Origin: Asterionella formosa | Taxonomy: Eukaryota | Reading direction: 5' to 3' | Length of the DNA stretch: 32,539 nucleotides | Assembly (NCBI GenBank): GCA_002256025.1 | Contig: NKIB01000445.1 | Coordinates: forward strand, 1 to 32,539 | In this document: in pieces, positions 11,341 through 22,404 of the stretch | Layout: each line of letters opens with the position of its first letter | Numbering within the stretch: position 1 is the first letter of the stretch | Position numbers and translations under genes: made by a program | The notes under the pieces: generated by a model | Database searches by the model: none | What the model saw: only the letters and a program-made list of their open reading frames with translations | What the model was told of the DNA's origin: nothing

Positions 11341-12850
11341 TCAATGAATATCCAAGTTTTCTCCATGTTTTGCATGTTTGTTCCGTCCGGAAATTCTATT
11401 CTTAATACTTGGCTTTGGATGCATTGTCTTGGGAAATGTTGTAATTATCTCCCTGTCAAATGCAAATGCACATGCATATTTACACCATGCATTTGCTAAA
11501 TACGTGTGACAATGGCAACATACAAGGCCTTCATGGCCCATCTTTTTCAAGTTGCTTATGTCAATTGGACCCAGTCCACACTTTCCCTAAGCTCCTAAAA
11601 AGTTTGTGATGGCAATATCATCACTGGCGTTTTTCGATACAATAGGTTTAATAATATGAAACCTGCGTGTGAGAGATACTAGTACATCATCAAATGTGTG
11701 TTTAGCACAACAGTGTTCGGGATTCCGGAGAAGGCGCTTGTATTCATCATGCATCTTGTTTCGCTTTATCATATGCATGACAGCCAGTAGCAGCACTAAT
11801 AGACTACGTCATACCCATGCAATGAAGCCTTTTTCGAGATTGTGAAAGCTGTGATGCTTGACTGTACTGGGACAATGCAACAGCATTGTCAGACTGCATT
11901 GTTTGCATTACGGACATTATGTTTAGGTCAACAAATGATGATGTGGCAATCAACAACGAACCCTCTGCTATCCTGATTGCCTCACACTTGAAATCAAAAG
12001 TAACAGTGAGAAAGGTAGCATCTCCTTTCCGGCTTTTCTCAAGGACCTTATAAATGGACTTGTAGAAATTGATGGAGTCTACTGATGAGTGCAAAGTGGA
12101 GCAAAACTCGCTCTTAGTCACCCTTGGATCAGTCCTCCAAGAACATATAGAACACATTGTGGATAAAATTTGTTGTTAACGGTTGCCTGTGATCGAAGTA
12201 AGATTTGTCTCCACTATTTGTTCCTTCTGAATTATTGTTGTGTGCAGGTAATCCACCTCGACGTAAATTTGAATCATTCAGTTCAACTCTTGAATGAATG
12301 GTTGGAACCCATTGTTTCAACCATGCAGTTGCGACTTTCTTTTCTTTTTAAGTGTTGATCCATTTAAAAATCATGAACTCCCGAAAGAAAGGAACTAAAT
12401 GAATCCAGGGACTTCTCTTATAAGCTTCGAAGTTCTCACCCATTCTTTTCTTGTTTTTGTCATATTTCTTAAACTGCCCTCTATGCTTCTTTACCCAGGC
12501 GTTCCATGCATGATAGGAACACATTCCAAACTTAAATTCAGCAGTTGGCCAAACCTTTTTGACAGCTTTGCGACAGGCTTAAATATTCTTTCATTGTTTG
12601 TGAAGTAGTCAAAGGTAGTTCCGGTTCCCAGCTCCATGGAGTGTCACCAATTGGAATGGGGGAAAAGTCAGCTTGTGCTGGGTGTTGTGCCTGCAGATGA
12701 CAAGGTCGGCGTGAATTCTATGCTTCTGTCCTCAACCATTTCCTTGTCCGAACTGGAGTCACTCTCATCAAAAGAAATTTCTACAGATATATTGTCAGAT
12801 GAATCCTTCTCCAAGGAGTCTTGATCGGAGGAGCTCGAAGAACTAGACAT
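11341..12850 (-). pseudogene. MULE transposase C-terminal half (CxxH, catalytic Glu, SWIM finger) with its own acidic N-terminus
   Basis: Begins MSSSSSSSDQDSLEKDSSD. ACRKAVKKVWPTAEFKFGMCSYHA is the MULE AxxxVFP...CxxH motif (12510-12524). GLPAHNNNSEGTNSGDK is the TNNxxExxN-type motif (Glu ~12226). CHCHTYLANAWCKYACA is SWIM-like (His replaced by Tyr) and is followed by a GRNKHAK tail. Confidence 0.82.
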
Positions 12851-13747
12851 TAACAAAAAGAATTCTTCCCATGCAACAGAAAGTTATCGAAACATGATGT
12901 GTTGCTGGCTTAAGAAGTCGAACGCGATAATGATGTACTACATATCCTTTGTGCATGAATAATCTTAATACAAAGTGATTAGATATGATACACAAAAGAG
13001 CCGCACCACCAGCCAGATTTAGCACGACAACTTGAGTACATCACCTAAGAGTTGCCATCTACCCTTATTACTAATAAGGGAAAAATCTCTTTTGCTGCTT
13101 AGTACTACCAGTTCATATACAAATATATAAACTAGCCTGCTATATCATACGTATGGTCTGCTATATATGCTTGGCATTTGGCATACATGCTTCTAGGTAC
13201 TACCAGTACTTCCATGTGTGTTTGTACTGCTGTCTGTGGTGGTGTGGGGACGATGAGACAGGAAATCCATCTTGACCATGACGAAATTATTGGACTCAAT
13301 ATCTCCACTAATATTGACAAAGAACAATTCCTATCTCGCACGTATATGTAGAATAATATAGACGAAATAATCGCTCAAGAATAGAATTTTTGCAGTAGTA
13401 ATGACAACAAAAATTGAAGTTGTTTCTGGTCGTCGTTTGCTCAGTTTTGAGGATACGAACAAAAAGGAGGAGGCATCGTTGAGTCTGCGGTGATTAGCTT
13501 GATAACTTCTTTTAGATATTATTTTTATCTACTGTACAAATGGATGAGAAAACTTAAGCAATAGAAATCTCAGAGAGAGCACGACAACATCTCGACTATC
13601 ATGTCCATACTAATTGTCGTGGTTCACATTTCTATGGAATCTTGATAAGGTCATTTCGCAGTTTAATATAGACATACATATAGACATTCAACAATACCTG
13701 CTTGTTCTTTTGGAAACTAGATATTTCGCATAGCTAGAGCAAAGAAA

Positions 13748-13801
13748 AATTCCCCCAAAAAGCCATTGTGCATTTAGAAACACTGTTGTGCAAGGATGGT
13801 A
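13748..13801 (-). repeat. Right inverted repeat core of the MULE
   Basis: aattcccccaaaaagccattgtgcatttagaaacactgttgtgcaaggatggta is the reverse complement of 6355-6407. Confidence 0.9.
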
Positions 13802-13808
13802 ATGGACC

Positions 13809-13818
13809 CAGAATATGC
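13809..13818. repeat. Right target-site duplication CAGAATATGC
   Basis: Identical to 6338-6347. Confidence 0.85.
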
Positions 13819-15579
13819 AGAGCCTCTGATATTTCGGTGTCTTGTCGAAGATGATCTAAGAGAAGTTGGATTTGAGCTATTCCCTGATCTGTCCATGTGT
13901 CTGTAAAACCGAACGCTCCCAGCTCGTCCGGAGGTCCAAAAAATAGTAATTGCTTTGTCATTCTGCTAAATCCCGTCTGTGACAGCAGGGTTTGTAAGTA
14001 TGAACTATCAATTTGATGCCATTGATTGATGGTAAAAGTTGAACCGCACAATGGTTATTGACTAGGTGTGTAAAATCTCCCCCTGAGGTCAGATGAATGG
14101 CCACATCCTCAGCTTCATCTTTCCTCAGTGGTCTGTACTCGTCTTTTTCATCATATTTCCAGTCCATTGCCACACAAATTGTTTTCTAGTGCCAGTGCGC
14201 CACCAGTGGTACACAGAAGCACTGCATTTCCCGTGCAATGTCTTGTAAAGATGTCTCTTCTAGTGATAATATCAGCTCTGTATCATCCACATATTTTTCC
14301 ACCGCTCTTTTCTCCTGACTTCTTGTGGTCTTCTTGGGTCTATTAATGTTAGACAAGGAGATCGCTTGGATATTGCGCCCAACAAAATTCGTGTAATTGC
14401 TAACCACAGCATGGCAGATGCTTTGGCACGGAGAACTTTGGACCAGGCATATCTACCAGGCAGATGGACGGCGCTTTACCTCTCTTTCTCCTTTCTGCAT
14501 GGCTCTTCCAATATCTTCCACTTTTCCCAGTAGTATATAACTTTGACTTTTGGCCAGTCCTTCTGTGATTGAAAATATGTGATTCTTTTAAAGAGCTAAT
14601 GATCAGGCCAGTACTCTTTGACCGCTTTGAGATACGTAGATGTTTCGCTGAGTTTGGACGAAATAAATGATCTCTGTTTGGAGGAAACCAATTCTTCTTG
14701 AGACCCTTCGAATAGGCATAGATGTTTAATAAAAATCGACAAACAGGGCTCGATGGCGGTCCACCTGGATCAACCGATAAAATGGAAGTATCCCTCCTCT
14801 GGTGAGGGAATCTTTTAGTAGATGAAGACTGCCAAAGATATAGTCAATGGTTTTGGTGCCTGGCGAGGGTGTGGAAGGATGTAAAGCCGAAATTAAGTCA
14901 AGCATCGAGCACGAGCTTAGAATAGATATTATTTTTTGAGCAGACATGCCAGAATCTTCATTGCATTTGCATCTATAATGAGTGAAATTTGCCTTCTCTG
15001 CCATATTGTTGCTGGGTTTGCATGAAATCTATGATGTCCACTATCAACGGTTTCCTTGCTTGGATTTGTTGATAGATTCCCCCCCTTCGGACATTGTTCT
15101 TATCATGTGATCCTGGAGGTATGCTGTCAGTTCTCCTCTTGATGGCATTGAAACTTGGGAGACTCTGGAAGCCATTATAAATGTAATGACTGTGTTATTT
15201 TTTCCTTTCAAAGTTAGGTAATCCCATCTTCCCATCCCGATCGAGTCCATTGCTTCCTGCATCCTGGTGGTCAGCTCTACCACACCATTTCCCGCCCTAT
15301 GAGGGTTGTGGCGGTGCCCACTGGTTTGTAGCGAGATTCTGATGGCATAGAGCTGGTAGAGAAATCACTCTTTGCTGTTGAAAATGTGCGGGTTGATTGT
15401 TCTATATATTCATTTTTTTGGTCGTCTCTATTCAGTCAATTCGTATTTGTTTCTGCCCAGCCATATAAGCTAAGAACCTGTGAGGAGAGCTTTCGTTTCC
15501 AGATAGAATGTAAAGTCCATTGGGTTGCGTTGCAAAGTCAATATAAACCTCTAATATTTTGAAAGTAAATTCGAAAGGT

Positions 15580-15739
15580 ATTTGGCGTGGATTCCTCCAG
15601 AGGATCGCCCCAAGTGGCTTGGTTGAGCGCTTCAGGAGGTTCGGAGGGCAGGTTTGTAGGCATTTGGCGTGGATTCCTCCAGAGGATCGCCCCAAGTGGC
15701 TTGGTTGAGCACTTCAGTAGGTTCGGAGGGCAGGTTTGT
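15580..15739. repeat. 78-bp tandem duplication (82-bp period) at the 5' edge of the LINE fragment
   Basis: atttggcgtggattcctccagaggatcgccccaagtggcttggttgagc...gttcggagggcaggtttgt at 15580 and 15662, with 2 mismatches. Confidence 0.95.
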
Positions 15740-16145
15740 TTGCCTGAAATCCTGACTCTGTTTGTTTGTATAAACATGATCAACTATTCATATATATAAT
15801 ATGTGTTTTTCATACATATAGTGATGCTATCATCATGCCGCAAAAAATTCTGTGCCAGTTATCAAATCATACCCACGATGATCTTAATAAATATGATATT
15901 TTATTTGCAGACATTGTTTGTTCAAGAGAAGACGACCTTCATCCGACAATAACTCTTGTAGTGCCTTGAAATAACGAGTCTCAAAACATGAAAGTTCGCT
16001 TTCCAGTGACTAATTTGGCAGGCGCCAATGACATTCTTACATGCAACAGGCTTGATGTTCTTGCCGAAGAGATCTCAATGTTTCATCCGTTATGATGTCG
16101 TTATTTTCTTGCAAGAACTTTCTCATTTTTTACTTTATTGAAATA

Positions 16146-16769
16146 CCCAATAATTCATTGTCGTGACCCCCCCCCCCCTTTGTACATTTTTCGAGGTGGC
16201 ACCATACATCCAATAATTTTCTAAATAAAGGCTACACAAGTTAAGTAAAGTGCTATAATTCTGTTGGTCCTTGTAGACGCTGGTATATAATTATTTCGCT
16301 ATGATGCTGTTTTGATTCCTTTGTACATATTAAACACTAGAGTAGACAGGCAGCCAGCTAGTGGTTCTAAGGAGCCGGAGAATCCTGCATCATCTTGTTG
16401 CAACCTTGATCATGACGAAAATACGAATTAATCTCTGCGAAAATTGAGAACGACGCTTTGCTACTTGCTTCATATATTAAACACGACACAGAAATTTTTT
16501 TTATAAAAGAAGTTAAGTGAAAACACTAATGACATGAAATCGCGTTTTTCTTGTATGCTGAAGAGCTTTCTCATTGTTCACTTTACAGAGATAATGATTA
16601 TGTTCATATTTATTGGAAAAATGCGTGCCATCCTGGAGAATCGATAAAATTTAAGTAGGTCTATTATAAAGGAAATATCTTCGTTTTCCTGGCCCCCTTA
16701 AGTACATTCAGTCAAATTCAGTCACGGCAGTGTACATTTGGGGGGGGGGCAGGACAATGAATTATACGG
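16146..16769. mobile_element. Non-autonomous TIR element (MITE), Tc1/mariner-pogo-like
   Basis: Left end TA|cccaataattcattgtcgtga(c)n tttgtaca and right end tgtacattt(g)n caggacaatgaattatacgg|TA form ~40-bp imperfect TIRs flanked by TA. No coding capacity. Confidence 0.75.
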
Positions 16770-16799
16770 TAGTTGTCATAATAGTATATATTAGAAAAG

Positions 16800-16928
16800 A
16801 AGCGCCATCCTCCATTAGAGCTTGTAAAATTTAATCAAGTCTAGTATAAGGGAAATCTCACCAAAATCAGGAAAATTCAGTCATGGCAGTGTACATTCTT
16901 GGGGGATCCAGGACACTAAAGTATATGG
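16800..16928. mobile_element. Second, diverged right end of the same MITE family
   Basis: gccatcct...aaaatttaa...gtcta.tataa.ggaaat...aaattcagtca(t/c)ggcagtgtacatt...ggggg...caggaca...tata(t/c)ggTA is collinear with 16625-16771. Confidence 0.75.
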
Positions 16929-16933
16929 TAGTC

Positions 16934-17150
16934 AGGGGAATGGATTATTGGTTAGCACACCTTCTGTGGTGGGTTCGATTGCTGCATTCTCCACCTGTCG
17001 TTTTTAGATAGTCCCTAGGATTCCGGGGGTGCTGCTGACGAAAAGACAGGTCCTGTTTCACCGTGCAGACAAATGAAACCGGTATTAATTATTTCCATTC
17101 AAAATATGGGCATTAGTGTGATTATTGGATAGCTTTGACATACAAGAAGA
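16934..17150 (+). mobile_element. tRNA-derived SINE, copy A
   Basis: Head aggggaatggattattggttagcacacc...gggttcgatt (A/B-box-like), core attctccacctgtc...tccctagg...gacaggtcc, tail aaaccggta...gattattggatagcttt. Collinear with the copies at 21200-21441 and 31305-31510. Confidence 0.8.
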
Positions 17151-17191
17151 TTTACTTTCATTTAAAGTATACAGTAGTCATGTTCAATCTC

Positions 17192-17260
17192 AAGGGAATG
17201 GCTTAGTGGTTTAGCACATTGCCTTTGATCTGAGGTTGTGAAGTTCGATTCCCGCAATAT
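17192..17260 (+). mobile_element. tRNA-like SINE head with a different body
   Basis: gggaatggcttagtggtttagcac...gttcgattccc has A box TGGCTTAGTGG and B box GTTCGATTCC. Acceptor and anticodon stems do not pair, so it is not a functional tRNA. Confidence 0.6.
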
Positions 17261-18965
17261 TTTTGAGAAGCAACTGTTGGATTCAACTCCCACACTCCTT
17301 ACCATCCCGCACGGTCTTGCCTGGTGCGCAAGAAACAGTGGGTTGCCCCCCCCACTATATGCATAGGACTTATACCATCTAATTGTTTAGGTCTAGTGAA
17401 GTTTATATTGTACTACCACAGGTCACTATTTAGTTATAACACACCGGTAGCCATGTTCAATCGCATGCGCACAATTACGTATTACAAATTGTGTGCTAGC
17501 CAGCATGTGAATGGGAATGGGAACACATGTTTCACAGGTGAATTATTATACATTAACAGTGTGCATTGAGTAAGCAAGTCTCTTTGTTGAGGGTAAGAAC
17601 TAGTATACCAGTAGTCTTTGTAGAAGGGCTTGTCATATCCATTGTATATGCTTAGGACTTTTACCATCTATATATGTATGGCTAGCAACGTACATATTGT
17701 ACCATGCATAGGGCAGGCAACTGAGTTCTTGTTGGATTTTTCCTACTTCCACCATAGTACTGCTATCATATGCAATTCATTGATAATGACAGCTATTGTA
17801 ATAAATGCCTTTGAGAAGCAAATCGATCTATAGTTATCAGAACAATGGCTTAATGATGATGTGTGATGTGTGATAGTCATGTGTTTTATTGAAATCTGAT
17901 TTAAAAAATTACAAAAAAGGGCTTAAAAGCAAAATTGAAATCTAGAAGTTTAGCTATCAGATATACAGTGCTATACTGCTGATGGTAATACGTAGCTGTA
18001 TCAGAAAAGCATTGATTTTACAACAAGAAATCTCGCTGATGTAATACAAGTACCACAGTATATGTTGTAGAGTGTACGTACTCTCGAAGTTATACGAAAG
18101 AAGGTTTATGAGTAACGACGATGCGCGGCCATCCTAAATAACCAGTCCCACAACCCACGCACATAACATCCTAACGGATGACATGCTGTCCATTGAGTAT
18201 TACATACTTTCCATGATGAATATTTATTTTTAACAAAATACCCCTGGTACTAGGTACCATTATTTCAGCCAGCCATATACCGGTAGTTATTTGAAGCATG
18301 GAAGTGCCTATGCATAAAAGGAGAGGGCAAGCTACATAAAAATGTTTGTTCATAACAAGATTTGAAATATCTGTAGTAAACAGATACATATATACCCGAT
18401 TATTAGCAAGATATAAGATACATAGATGCATACACATCGACTTATGCGAAGCAGACTATATGTAACCAGTCAAATATAGCACAATATACGATAGTGTGAC
18501 TCGTTTTTCCACGTTGTTCACCCATTGTCAGGCTCGACTGCCGGTGCTCCTTTTGCCAATTTCTATACATTGCACAGTCACAACCAGAAAAGCGGAATTG
18601 AGAACAACAATGATCGCTGTACACAATTTTCATTTCATCTTTAGTTTGATCATGGCAGGCAATGCACTGCGTCGTCGTGGAAAGAATGTCGATTTGGTGA
18701 TGAGTTAGTTGCATGGCGCTCAAGAAATAAAATTGTTGGGTTAAGGTGCACCGCTTGGCACAAATCCCCCAGCTAGAACTTTTTAAGGCGCACCTACCAT
18801 GAACATTCAAAATTCCAGTTCACTGCATGTCCGCGGCTCAACGACCCGCAAAAATATACCACTGATCCGTTGGACAGATATATGCCTAGTGCTCTTCAGT
18901 TCATTAGGTCACTCATTATTTCTTCTTCCATTTTCGTTAATGCAAACAGTAGTTTTCTTGCCATC

Positions 18966-20441
18966 ATGCAACTGTTTGTAAGGAAGAATGCCAGGGACGA
19001 AGAAGGTGGTGTTCCCGTCGGCTTGTTGGACAAGAAACCATCCCGTCTCAACATTTTTGTCCGTAGCAAGAGCAAGGACTACAAGCTGCCACTGGATGAT
19101 GGGCAAGTACCGACGCCAGATGACGACCGTAACGAAGAACCAGAATCATCGACGGCCAAGTCCAGCATGTCTTTCTTTTCCAGAAACAAAAAGGACAAGA
19201 GCCAAAAGAAAATTGCATATGATTCGTTTGGAGGCCAGGATGTGCTAGTACTAGTGACTGAAAAAACAAAAGGAGTTCCGCCTTTGGAGAGTCCAGATGA
19301 TGTAGTTGTTAAAATTGAGGTATGACTGTGATGCCTTGACTTGTGCTCTGCTGCACGCAACTCACTCCAATCCCCAATCCGACTTTTTCTTTAAAATAAT
19401 CTAAAACTGTTTTCTTCTCCCTCCAGGCCAGTACTGTTTCCATCAATGATTGTATCGCGCGTCGAGGGGTTTGTTTCTCGGTCGCGGATTCCTTCGCCCT
19501 CCCTGCTACTCCTGGAATGGATTTGGTCGGAACTATTGTGTCGGTGGGCGCAAACGTCCAAGGCTATAAGGTTGGAGATCGTGTTGCCGCATTGGTCCGA
19601 ACTGGTGGGAACGCTCGCTATTGTGTAGTATCATATCACTCATTGGTGAGCGTCCCACGCAATTTGGATGCGGCGGACGCCGTGGCCATGGTTTCCGTCT
19701 TTATGACAGCATACCAAGCTCTCAATCTAATAGATACTGACATGAAAGGAACAACAGTGCTGGTGACTGGTGGGATGGGACCAGTTGAGCAAGCCTTGAT
19801 TCAACTTTCATTGCGAGCTGGTGCGACGCAAGTGTACTATACGGCGCCGGAACACCACCATATTTACGTAAAATCTGTCTTGGGTTCAATTCCCTTATGC
19901 CCAGATGAGTCGACTGCCTTTGTGCCCTCGTGTCAAGATGGACTTGAATCGTCTGCCCAGGCATTGAAGGAAATTGAAACTTTGTTGGGTGTCGGCATGC
20001 CCACCAGGCTGCACACCGAGTCTAGGCGAGCCCTTGGTGCACCAATCTTTGGTGCTCCAATGTTTGCAATTTGGCCCAAGGAACAATACTTTACTGGCGC
20101 CACTCGCTTTTATGACGTCTGGGAGAGTTTCCAGAGTGATCCTGACAAATTTAAGGTGAGTAAGCTGACGCGTCGATCCTATGAAACGATGCTGGTAAGA
20201 CGCTCACTCAAGCTCCTTTCCCCACATAATTGCACTATAGGCCGACCTGGCAAGTGTTTTTGAATTGTTGAGCAAACGCGAAATCAAGCCTCATATTGCC
20301 AAGCGTATTTCTTTGACTGATGTAGCAGAAGCCCAGACCATTTTGGAAGGTGGTACTCACCTCAGTGGTATTATTGTCTGTTCGCCTTGGCAACGCCGCA
20401 AGGGCAAGTCCAGGGGTGGTCGGGATCAGCGTGAAGTTTGA
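18966..20441 (+). CDS. Medium-chain dehydrogenase/reductase (zinc-independent quinone oxidoreductase-like), 3 exons: 18966-19319, 19427-20155, 20241-20441
   Basis: Spliced frame ...PDDVVVKIE|ASTVSINDCIARRG...PATPGMDLVGTIVSVGANVQGYKVGDRVAALVRTGGNARY...VLVTGGMGPV...KFK|ADLASVFELLSKREIKPHIAKRISLTDVAEAQ...GIIVCSPW. Two GT-AG phase-0 introns at 19320-19426 and 20156-20240. An alternative in-frame ATG lies at 18882. Confidence 0.88.
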
Positions 20442-20804
20442 AACCCAATCCAGATGCCCTCCCCCCCCGTTCGCGAACAATCCCATGATTTTTCACAGCT
20501 TGCATATTTCATCCTTGGATAGTCTAGTAACATCGAAATAATAGCTGAAGGCTTGACAAAGGCTGAATATATATTTTGCTCATTTCTTTGACATGGACTA
20601 CCAGTATTCATTGTTACCTGTTGTCATTTATTGTTTGTTGTCAATTGTGACATATGTAAATGTTACCCATAACTGCAGCTAATATATAGTGAAAAACGGC
20701 AATTCAGTGAGTATAATTGACGATTTGAAAGAATCCTCCTGTGGCTTCTGGCTATATATATACAGTTCATAATACATTTTTACATCTATTCAGTTCACTA
20801 TTAT

Positions 20805-21120
20805 TAGTACCATGTTTTTCATCAATAGAACACACCCCATGGAAAATTCTAAATTCACCATGGAGCCGTTTTCTTTTCTCTGGGGATTGTCCATACAACT
20901 GTAAGGAACAAAGTCATTTCTTGGCACCCTCTTGGTCTTATCTCAAAACTTACTAATGGTCAGAGTCTTGCCATGAACAAAAATATGAGTGCCAATGATA
21001 AGTGCCGGGATTATCATACTATTTTGAAAACTGTATTGTCCAGAGTTCATTACTAGACTCAAAAATCTGGTGGTTTCAAGTATAATTTCAATTTCCATGG
21101 CAAACAGCATAGCCTGGTGG
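20805..21120 (+). pseudogene. Plavaka-like transposase fragment
   Basis: FFINRTHPMENSKFTMEPFSF(frameshift)SLGIVHTTVRNKVISWHPLGLISKL...DKCRDYHTILKTVL...QKSGGFKYNF resembles the Plavaka-type pattern FIDKTH...EP..FTLGI...R...WRPLGYIP...DYH..L (recalled from memory). Confidence 0.55.
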
Positions 21121-21199
21121 CACTTTCAATGAAAATCCAGCAGTCTCTACCACTGGTGTACATACATATATATACATATTACTCATTTTTATAATTGTC

Positions 21200-21441
21200 A
21201 ATTAATCTTATAGTACGTTAAAGCTATTCAATAATCGAACTTGTGCCCAAATAATTGGACACAATTAGTACCGATTTTATTTGTATTTATGGTACAATAA
21301 GACATGGGACCTGTCTCCTTGTCAGCCACACAACCCACCTGGACCCCTAGGGACTAGTCTACATAAAAGAACGACAGGTGGAGAATACAGGAATTGAACC
21401 TGCCACCTCATGAGGTGTGCTAAACACTAAGCCATTCCCCT
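21200..21441 (-). mobile_element. tRNA-derived SINE, copy C
   Basis: Reverse complement reads aggggaatggcttagtgtttagcacacc...ggttcaattcc...attctccacctgtcgtt...gtccctagggg...gacaggtccc...aaaatcggtactaattgtgtcc...gattattgaatagcttt. Confidence 0.85.
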
Positions 21442-21947
21442 ATATATTACTCTTTTTTGTAGTGCATTCTTACTATTCTATTTCTAGAGTTGCCGCTGTT
21501 GCGCTCCATGGCCCATATAAGGTGGGGTGGCTGGTGGAAACGTTTGGGTAGTAGTCACCACTTCCTTGTGTGGAAGTAGTTTAAAATAATTGTGGTAGCT
21601 TGTTCTTTCTCTATGACTGCACTTCTCATGTCAGACTCGGAATTAGATGGCGAGTGTGGATTAGATTAAAGATTTCCATTTTGTCCCCACTTCTGGTGGT
21701 TCAATCTGAGGTAGTATCCATAACAATTGGTGATACCAGGGCTTCCAACTCATTGTTTTTGTCTTTCTTGTCTTCGCCATCACACAAAAATTTATTGCTT
21801 TGAGCAGCACATCCAGCTCTGGCGCAATTTTTTCATCAGCAACTTCTTTATTTCTCTGTCTTTTTCTTTTTTCTTTTCAATTTTTAGCATTATTGTATTC
21901 CTCTTCTTGTACTTTCGATAGCACTCACTGTAGTGGAAAAGCGGTTG

Positions 21948-21987
21948 AATACCGTGTTAATGCCAAATACCGTGTTAATGCCAAATA
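21948..21987. repeat. 18-bp perfect tandem duplication
   Basis: aataccgtgttaatgcca x2 followed by aata. Confidence 0.9.
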
Positions 21988-22404
21988 TCAGGCCTCCACA
22001 AATCTTGAATGGGCGGTAAGTTTACCTTTTCATGTCGGCTGCTGTTGTGTTTCTGCTCAAATTTTCATGACACTTTGTTACTATAAAAACCTTTTCAGGT
22101 CTGTAAAGGAGCTACCTTGACTCCAATAGCTAATATGGCTCCGAAACGGTTGAGTGGTGAGTGTGCATCGTCTTGCTGCTGTTGTCATTACATACATCAA
22201 TTAACTGACAAAATGTTGCTATACAAAACTTTGCAGGGTCATGAAAGATCCACTTTGAGGAAAACAGGGTGTGGTGCTTTCCTGTGGCAAATCCAAGCCA
22301 CAATGCCATTCAAAGGGTGGCCATGCCATACTGAACAAACAGCCTTTCTTGCATTTGATAGAACGTTTTTGTCGACAAACTTTTTCTTGCATTGATAGAA
22401 CTCT

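Larger units (their letters stand above)
6348..13808. mobile_element. Mutator-like (MULE) DNA transposon, 7461 bp, decayed, with cargo genes
   Basis: Inverted repeats at 6355-6407 and 13748-13801, a 10-bp TSD (MULE-typical length), and MULE transposase motifs inside. Removing the element rejoins the LINE frame: QIQLLLDHLRQDTEISEALHIL|LKKFQLQLGIAGKPF. Confidence 0.88.
13809..15739 (-). mobile_element. Degenerate non-LTR retrotransposon copy 1, 5' part (AP endonuclease, partial RT with YVDD, thumb)
   Basis: APE motifs WGDPLEESTPNTFRIYFQNIRGL, GMGRWDYLTLKGK and GTKTIDYIFGS...GILPF...DRHRALFVDF. RT catalytic YVDD at 14293-14282, followed by TGGALAL. Thumb FGPPDELGAFGFTDTWTDQGIAQIQLLLDHLR. A large internal deletion removes most N-terminal RT subdomains. 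Confidence 0.88.

Noticed and set aside
13734..14051. 105-aa ORF as a real gene
   Set aside because: Chimeric read-through from the LINE thumb into the MULE right inverted repeat.
17192..17265. Functional tRNA gene (Gln-like)
   Set aside because: A and B boxes are present but the acceptor and anticodon stems cannot pair, and the head is shared with SINE copies.
21460..22400. Minus-strand degenerate coding region
   Set aside because: Lys/Glu-rich pieces are suggestive, but there are many stops and no identifiable domain.
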